A stretch of 41,278 nucleotides of DNA from Neoconidiobolus thromboides FSU 785. Its lineage: Eukaryota > Fungi > Entomophthoromycota. The notes below the pieces were generated by a model that had not been told where the DNA came from, ran no database searches, and saw only the letters and a list, made by a program, of their open reading frames with translations. This document shows positions 11,866-19,787 of the stretch, in pieces (position 1 is the first letter of the stretch; each line of letters opens with the position of its first letter). The stretch spans positions 1 to 41,278 of the forward strand of contig MU626430.1 of NCBI GenBank assembly GCA_025603075.1, written 5' to 3'. The position numbers and the translations under genes were made by a program.

Positions 11866-13208
11866 ATTATCCTTGGCTGTAGAGTTGGGAATATAATTTA
11901 AATTCGTACCATCATTTTTCGACCAAACAAATTTAATACTTGAGTGAATAGCTTCTAAAAAAGGATCATTGTTTTCTCTATATCCCTTTCTAATTTTTCT
12001 TTTTATATTTTAAATAATAAATTCCATTGAATATCAATAAATAGTAATAGCAATCCAAGCAATACATGTCACTAACACTAAGGGTAAATAGGTTTATGAA
12101 TTACAGTTTAAATCGACACTATCTGTATCATTGTTTCTACTATTGCTGTTATCCCCATAATCGCTCAAATAAGATTTATTACAAAAAGTCTTAGGTGGTG
12201 GTATATATTCTTTTACTATCATGAACTTATCTAAATCAATAATTTCGACTTGAGATGCAAGAGATTCTTATTACCCAAAAGTTGTACTAATTAATTGCCT
12301 ACCAATCAAGCAGAATAAGAGACTCTACCAAAATAAGTAGGATTATAAATACCTAAATTCAATTCATGTTCTCATCATTCCTATGTATCTAAGTTTAATA
12401 CTATCGTATTATTATATAATTTATAGTTGGGATCAGTGGAGTTTAGAGTGTTACTACCATCTTGTATAAGGATGTAGTTTCTATAAGCAATTGGAGTGAA
12501 TTTTGCTCTTTTATAAATATTACCATTCTTTGTTGATTGTACTTCCTATACTATATTAGCTATATCAAACATGTAAATTTCACTTAAATCTTTTAATATA
12601 CCCATCTTCTCCATATTACCTAATATATAGAAGTGGCCATTAGAAAATACCCTCTGATAGTGCTCTAAAGGTAATAATCGAGTATCTGTCGGCATTGCGT
12701 ACTACTTTTAGTCGGTTACATTAAATTTTGTACATTCGTTTGCTAATTCATTATTATTTATTTCACACTCACCAAAAATACAGAAATAACCACTGTGAGT
12801 GATCCAAGCAAAAAAATTCCTAATAGCTGGTGATATGGTATTATTATTCTTTGTTATCTCATTAGATTATAAACCACAATACTACAACCCCTGGTTGACA
12901 TAGAAGTATAAATTATTTCCATTTTGAGTTTCTCTAAAGGCAATATAGAATTTCGTATTATTATTAGGGATGATGTTGGTTTGAATTAATGGGGTATTAT
13001 TGAGTTGAAAGCTATCTGTTTGAAATCGTTGGTTCAATTCAATGGTAAATAATCCCATGTTTTTTAAATTTTCAAAGTCACTATTAATGTATATCTTTTC
13101 ATTCATTATTACACATGTGCTACTCGTGATAATCCAACTAGAGACTTGCGGAAGAATGGGTATAAGGAAGAATACCATGAAATAGAAGTAATAGGAAAAC
13201 AAAAACAT
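11866..13208 (-). pseudogene. Pseudogene of the kelch type I membrane protein family (closest to 1248-2609)
   Basis: Colinear with 1248-2609 from the signal peptide to the tail (DPFLEAIHSSIKFVWSKNDGTN). Many in-frame stops at Trp/Gln/Arg codons (K*Y, DT*E**, A*L, GN*LVQ) and small frameshifts. Confidence 0.9.
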
Positions 13209-13552
13209 AATTTCTTATGTTTCAAGTATTAGAGACTATCTAAAATTGTAGGTTTATCTATACTTTGTTTTTAAAAAACCTAGTTATCACTTTTTTTATT
13301 TTTTAGATTTATCCTTTTTTTCAATATCAAACTTTGGTTTATAGACTTCAGTTAATTTATAAAATATAAAAAGTTATTTTTGTAGTAACAAATTTTTTTA
13401 GATCCTAGCTAAATTAGTAATTGGCTCCTTTTTAAAATTAATGTTTTATTCTAAAAATTAACAAAATGTTAAATAAAGTACTGACATTAAACTGGGGATC
13501 ATACTAATGGACTAAAATATTTCATTATTATAGTGAGCTATTTTATGTTGAA

Positions 13553-13587
13553 AATATTATATTATTATATTATTATATTATTATATT
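13553..13587. repeat. Simple repeat (TATATTAT)n
   Basis: atattatattattatattattatattattatatt. Confidence 0.7.
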
Positions 13588-13637
13588 TTATTTAAGCATT
13601 GATAGTGGTACTACTTTATTATCAAAACTGTATCAAG

Positions 13638-13790
13638 GTTAACATTAGGATTGTTAACAGAGTTAGTATTAAAGTTAGTATTGGTGTTCAAACTAAAATC
13701 ATAGTTAATGTTAATGCTAAGTTTGGGGCTAGGGTTACTATTAAGTGCAACATTAGTGTTAAGGATAAATTGAAACTAAAGTTGAATTAA
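13638..13790 (+). repeat. Degenerate hexamer tract, consensus ~RTTARN (GTTAGT/GTTAAT/GCTAGG/ATTAGG)
   Basis: 6-nt periodicity visible by eye over ~150 nt. It produces the spurious V/I-x ORF 13599-13790. Confidence 0.5.
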
Positions 13791-14348
13791 AGATAGTGAT
13801 TGTAGTAGCTATAGTTTATGCTATATCAATGTCATTAGCTCGAATTACACAAAATAATTTATTTAGTATTGAATATTATAATTTATAGTTTGTTTATTTT
13901 ACCAAAAATTTTGTTATATATCTTTAAAATTATAAGTAGTCTATTCAAAGATAATAGTATTAGTGGTTACCAGTTTATTTTTATATAAAAATAGAGTATC
14001 TATTTTACATAAACTATCAAGTCCACCTGATAAAGAAAACTAATTTACATTTTATTTAAAGATCTCCTTTTATTACTATCCTTCTTTTATTAAGTGTCCA
14101 TTTTAAACTTCGTTATTGTATTAAATTACAAAAATAGATTTAGTGTTATTATATAGTGTTCAAAGAGATAGCCCCACATGTCATATTATACTCTAACATT
14201 GATATGTATGAGAAGTTGGTAAGATTATAAGTCCAAAATACTTTAACATTCCAATGTCAAAAAAATTAAACCATTGATGATTTTTATAAAACTAGGAACA
14301 AATCATATAATTTTATTCATTAACATAAAAGAATCAAATGGCTCAAAG

Positions 14349-14738
14349 TTAATCATTATATTTTACTAACTTATCAGTATCCAGCCATAATCTAGTACAA
14401 CCAATATCTCCTTGTTTTTGAATTTTATTTAAGCTGTGTTTATATACCTTCCAACTAACATCGTTATCAATAAGAACCTTGATTTCATTTGCATTACAAG
14501 TTAAAACGTTAATACTATATTCTTTATTGAAAATAAAGGATGATGAGCAGCACCCTTCATTGAATTTTAAGGTAGCACCTAATTTCAAGTTAGACAATCC
14601 ATATTTAGAACTGGTATCTTTAATAATGTAACAGTCATCTTTATGAACACAAACATTAGCATAATGTTCCTTTTTACAAGCTATTATGTTGATCCAAAAA
14701 TAAAGAAAGACAGAAATAAGAGTAACCCTATCTAACAT
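14349..14738 (-). CDS. Small secreted Cys-containing protein, 129 aa (paralog A)
   Basis: Hydrophobic N-terminus. Blocks HYAxVCVHxDxCYI, SWKVYKHSL and GCTRLWLDTDK are shared with 16246-16635. Confidence 0.85.
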   Translation of the reverse strand: MLDRVTLISVFLYFWINIIACKKEHYANVCVHKDDCYIIKDTSSKYGLSNLKLGATLKFNEGCCSSSFIFNKEYSINVLTCNANEIKVLIDNDVSWKVYKHSLNKIQKQGDIGCTRLWLDTDKLVKYND

Positions 14739-16245
14739 AATTAGTGAGAAATAAAAGTTTTAATTTAAAAATTCAACAAAAAGTAAATTCTATTCATTTG
14801 AATATATATCAACTTCTCATCCCTTATTTGATTAAGAATATTGACTTTTTTATACTCTATTACACATACCAATCTGCTGACTTTTTTATTTGTAATGGTA
14901 CAAATTTGAAACATAAATGAGTGAATTAATATTAAACCTTACTTTTGATGTCAAATTTTAATGTCATACATGTACTATTTAGAGTGTTTTTAACATGAGA
15001 TTAGCATATTTGAAGAAGAATAAAAGAAAGTATGGATTGAGGGGTTGATCTGGGTATGAATGTAATAACAAACTTGATAACTAAACCTATTTATTCATTA
15101 TACATATAAATAGAAATAAACTAGTTCATATAAGTTGTATAGCTATATCAATGGAAAATCTCTAAATAAGACCTTAAAAAAGCTTTACTATAAGCAATTA
15201 AATATTATATAATAATACAAAAAATAACTAACTTATGAAAGTATAAAGGTTTCATTAAGAAAACACCGGTTAATATATAGATTACCAAAAAAGAATATTA
15301 CTTTTTAGTCAATATTTTATGTCATGATGGAAAAATATAGGAGCAATTGGTTATATCATGAGCTATAAGCCTTTCATAACTTTAATCTTTATTTCGATTT
15401 ACAGATAGCATATAAATATATAATCAACACAGTATAATAAAAAGAGGTAAATCAAGGCAAAGAGCAAGAACAAACATATAAAAGGTCTTTCACAATTTTG
15501 GATAATACGAACTTTGACCTTTGATTATAAAAAGTATTTGAATAGTTAGAGTTTAAAGTATAAAAGACTCTTTATAAAGTCAATTATTGTAAAATGGTGA
15601 AAAAATTAAAAAATATTTTATTAAAATCAGACTACATCATGAAATGAATCATGTTCTTATAGCGTTCTTATTTTGATTATCATGTTGTAAATGTTTTAAT
15701 TCTCTTGCTCAGCATTCTCCGTATTAACAAGTATTTTTCCAACTAATAAAAATTATACATTTTGATATATGTTTATTTACATCTACATAGAACATGTAGT
15801 TAGTTAAATTAAAGCTATAATAATAAGTTACTGATAATATTCATTGTCAACATACTATAAAACTTAAATGAAATGAGTTATTTTTATTTTTTATAATGAA
15901 TGAATCAAGCCATCGAGCTTACTATTTTACTCCTTATCTGACTAGAATCATGTTTTTTATCATTTTTTATCATTTTTTATATACTTTGACCTAAAACCAG
16001 AAATATTCTAAATAGTATATGTCTGATATGGTAGAAATAAACATCAAAAATGATATTCCACTACCAATTTGGCTATTTGTGTTCCAGATTTTGCACTATT
16101 AGAGAAATATTAATATAGGTGGTAAAATGTAAAAAAGTCAAATAATATCCTTAATTAAATAGGGGATAAAAGGTATGTGTATATTTAAATGAATAAAATT
16201 TAATTCCTAATCATCTATTGATTTAATCTTTTATTTTAGCTGACA

Positions 16246-16635
16246 ATGTTTAATAAAGCTTCTATTACTTCCGGCTTATTTTGCCTTTTAACTAGCACTG
16301 TAACTTGTAAAAGTAAACACTATGCCACTGTTTGCGTTCATGATGATGGCTGTTACATCAAGGACACCGGTAGTAAATATGGATCTTCTCGTTTCCAAAA
16401 ATTTGATAATAACAATGAAGGTAAGGGCTATGGGATTTATTTTGGATCAAATGATGATTATAGTGTTCAAATCATTGACTGTAATACAAATGAAGTTAAA
16501 GCTCTTGTTGATAATAACGATAGTTGGAAAGTGTACAAACATAGCTTGAGCAAGTCTAAAAAACAAGAAGGTGTTGGTTGTACTAGATTATGGCTTGATA
16601 CTGATAAATTTATGGATTACCATGATGAGCTTTAG
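16246..16635 (+). CDS. Small secretory-pathway Cys-containing protein, 129 aa, C-terminal HDEL (paralog B)
   Basis: Signal-like N-terminus, same conserved blocks as 14349-14738, ends DYHDEL*. Confidence 0.87.
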   Translation: MFNKASITSGLFCLLTSTVTCKSKHYATVCVHDDGCYIKDTGSKYGSSRFQKFDNNNEGKGYGIYFGSNDDYSVQIIDCNTNEVKALVDNNDSWKVYKHSLSKSKKQEGVGCTRLWLDTDKFMDYHDEL

Positions 16636-17039
16636 CAAGTTTGAACATCTAAAATGATAAAATAAATTATCATAAGTTAGTTCTTTTTCTGATTTTTGAT
16701 CTTCATAGAAAAATAACAATTATTTATATTTGCTTAGTATATTACATTTATTCAATTATTTATTAAGCAATTGTTTACTTTTAAAATAATAAGAGTTAAC
16801 ATTATAAAAACAATGAAATACAATTTTTAAGGTTTACTTTCGAAACAAATAAATAAACTATTGAAACTATTTATAACGACTGTAATAAAAACAAATTCAT
16901 TGTTATTTAAAATAAACAAAAAACTACTGACCCTGATATTTAAGTTGAAATGTACGCCAATTAACTGTCTATATAAAAATAAAGTTCAATAGTCAGCGTA
17001 TAAATCAGCAAAACAATTTATCAGTTATAAAAATTATTG

Positions 17040-17650
17040 CTATCCAGGACATATACAAATTTGAAATGTTGTATAATTTACTATCTCTAGAGTTGGTAAT
17101 AAATAAATTAATCTGAGTCCTTTTCTACCTTTTAAATACCCTTTAATTACATTTTTCTGTCTTTTTAAAAGTTTTTCTTTAGAATAAACAAACTTATAGC
17201 TAAGCATACCACACAAACAGATCACTTTACCTGATTTAAAAAAATCCAATTACTTATTAGTATCAAGATATTTGGTCAACCTACAATAGAACTGTCAATA
17301 AAAGTATTAAACAATGTGCTCAACAGTCGACATTTACCTATATTATTTTTACTACAGATCCAAACTTCAGGTAGATCTTCTTTCGGTGTCAAGTCTTCTT
17401 CATTTTCACTAGCAAAAAAGAAGCTTGATATTTCAATGTTTTATTTTTTTCTACAGCTAAAGATGTATTTTATGTTCAAGAATTTTACTAAATTTTCCGC
17501 TCAAATAGCGCTTAGAAGATGAAAAAAGTGATGAAATCAAAATAACATCCCTAGCTCCTTTTAAATATTTGGTATTATTTATAATAGCAAGCCTTAACTT
17601 ATATAATTCTTTGAAGTATACTTTGAAAAGCTGATTAAGAAAAATCAATC
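17040..17650 (-). pseudogene. Decayed duplicate of the EngB/Mrx8 GTPase gene, interrupted by MITE copy 4
   Basis: DFFKSGKVICLCGMLSYKFVYSKEKLLKRQKNVIKGYLKGRKGLRLIYLL aligns with NFFELGKQIHLVDMPGYGFAYAKEEVLKEWKDVIEGYLKDRKSLKLIYLL. Nucleotide colinearity with ~10650-11170. G motifs destroyed; intron-1 donor retained. Confidence 0.88.
17459..17552 (-). mobile_element. MITE copy 4
   Basis: Core match, flanked by AGCT (17455-17458) and AGCT (17553-17556). Confidence 0.9.
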
Positions 17651-18075
17651 TCCTTTTGATAACATTACAATGTCGTTAGTGTTATAATAAATATTTATAT
17701 ATATGTTAAGTAACCTTTAACTATTAGTTTATTAGTTTTATATTTTATATATCTTTAATGTCTACTTGTTAAAAAATAAAAAAGTTAAAATTTTTATTAT
17801 ACTGCTTACATAGTTTAAAGCTTATTCTGTTAAAATATTCTAGTATTACTAGTAGATTCAATAAAAGTATAAAAACTTTTAAGTCAATTTGACGCTATTA
17901 TAAAAAATCAAAGTCGATTATTAGCTTTACAAATGAGTAACTTGCTATTCTGATTAATTACTATAAATCAATCCAAGCCATAGTCAGACTTATAGTATAT
18001 TCTCAAGTATAAATATCAAAATATTTTTGAAAAAACGATGGTATTAAATTTTTTTTACCAACAAAATAAACATCA

Positions 18076-18147
18076 CTTCCTCACGGGGAATCGAACCCCG
18101 GCCGTTCCGGTGAAAGCGGAAAATCCTAACCACTGGACCATGAAGAA
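18076..18147 (-). tRNA. tRNA-Glu-TTC: tRNA-Glu(TTC)
   Basis: Reverse complement: acceptor TTCTTCA/TGAGGAA, anticodon stem TTCCG/CGGAA with loop CT-TTC-AC, T arm CGGGG-TTCGATT-CCCCG. Confidence 0.96.
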
Positions 18148-18713
18148 TCGCTGCTATTAATAATAGTTAAGTAAATAGTGTATTTATAGAATTTATTTTA
18201 TTATCTTAGTTTAGACATATTTAATTTTAACTGAAAATTTGATAAATTTAACATGTTTTTTAAAGAATATAGGGATTTATTTGCTGAGTGAATTAGCACT
18301 TATAATTTCAAAAGAATTACTTTGGATATAGATATGGATATTATCTTAAGGGTGAGCAACAACCATGTCAAAAGTCATTTGCACTACATTTGATTTAATG
18401 TTACCAGGTCATTTCGTATGTTTTTTTCTTAACCCTCAAACAAAAGTCAAATATAACACCACTGAATGCTCAATTAATTTGACTAAAGTTTAATGTTATC
18501 ATTTGTAAATAGTTGTTATGTTAACCTACAAAATGATTATTTAATCTTACATTGTTTGACTAATATAATATAATTCATTCCTATCCAACAACTAAAATTA
18601 TATCTATTGATTAAACGAATAATTTCAGTAAATACATATTGATAGCGAATAACAAATAACAAAAATATCAATGGAAAAATATAACCTAAAGTTTAATTAA
18701 AAGATTTTAATAA

Positions 18714-19181
18714 TTAAGCCTTAACAACTTCTTCAGCGTCATAAGTGGCTAAATCAGCAGCGATATCTTCATCGAATTTAGGAGCCTATTATTTAAACTA
18801 GATTAGGGTATAATTTTTTAAAATAAACTTTGTTATTTACTTGTGGAGCAACTGGAAGTTTAAATTCTTTAGCTGGAGCAATGTCTGAGGCGGCACCCTA
18901 TAAAGTTTGTTAACTTTCAACTTTTGTATATAAATAATTTAATTACAGTAGCTGATGGTTTAAAACCTTTGAGTTCTTTTACGAACAAGTCTTTAATAAG
19001 ATCTAATAAGGTTAATTTCAAATATTTTAATTCCAGGTAATTTTATTACCAGCTTGAGCAACTTTAGTTGGACTAGTGAAATGACGTACTTGCTAAATAA
19101 AATTTAGTATTATTTAACTATTATATTAAATTATCTATTTACAACTCTAGAGATGGCACGAATGGATTTTATGGTATACAT
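18714..19181 (-). CDS. ATP14: Mitochondrial ATP synthase subunit h (Atp14), 88 aa; exons 19181-19143, 19092-19050, 19002-18947, 18897-18841, 18785-18714
   Basis: Four GT-AG introns (50, 47, 49, 55 nt) give MYTIKSIRAISRVQVRHFTSPTKVAQADLIKDLFVKELKGFKPSATGAASDIAPAKEFKLPVAPQAPKFDEDIAADLATYDAEEVVKA. This is a presequence plus the DL(I/V)xDLxxKELKxxKP motif of fungal subunit h. Confidence 0.85.
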
Positions 19182-19787
19182 CACGAACTTTGAATGAAAA
19201 AGCTTTATGTTTTACTAATTTTTTCGAGCTAACCTTTGAATCACTTCTAACTTATGGGTTAAACTGATTCTTATTGAGTAAATAAGCACCAATCAAAATA
19301 AGATTTGTCTGAATCGCGACAAATATTAACCAATTAAATTTAGTTTAGCTATCTGATTCTATGTTCTTTTACATTAAATTGCATTTTAAATTATTTTATC
19401 TTTTGAGTAAAACTTTAAAATATTATTAATAAACCTAGCATCCCAAAAAAACAATATAATTTACAAAGCTGTTTTTAAACTACACTAAGTCAATCGACCA
19501 TCACTTTTGTGGTTTGATGGCTTCTTTTATGGTAGAAGAAGAAAAGATTTGATTGCCAGTAGTTTAATATATAATAAGTCGAAATGCATGTTGATTTTAT
19601 ATGTACAGCAAGTATATTTAAAGCTTTGAAAAGTGTTATCAGTGAAAACATAACAAATTGGTTAGATTAACTTATATAAAATATGTTTAAAAACAAAATA
19701 ACTACAAAATTTAAATTTATTTATAAATTAATTAAACAAAATAAGAAAACTGAACAAAGTTGATGCAATAATCAAAACATCTAACTC

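Noticed and set aside
11866-13208. RIP-like mutation in the kelch pseudogene
   Set aside because: Stops from Trp/Gln/Arg codons are necessarily transitions, and the contexts are mixed (TGG>TAG, TGG>TGA, CGA>TGA). General AT-biased decay is enough to explain them.
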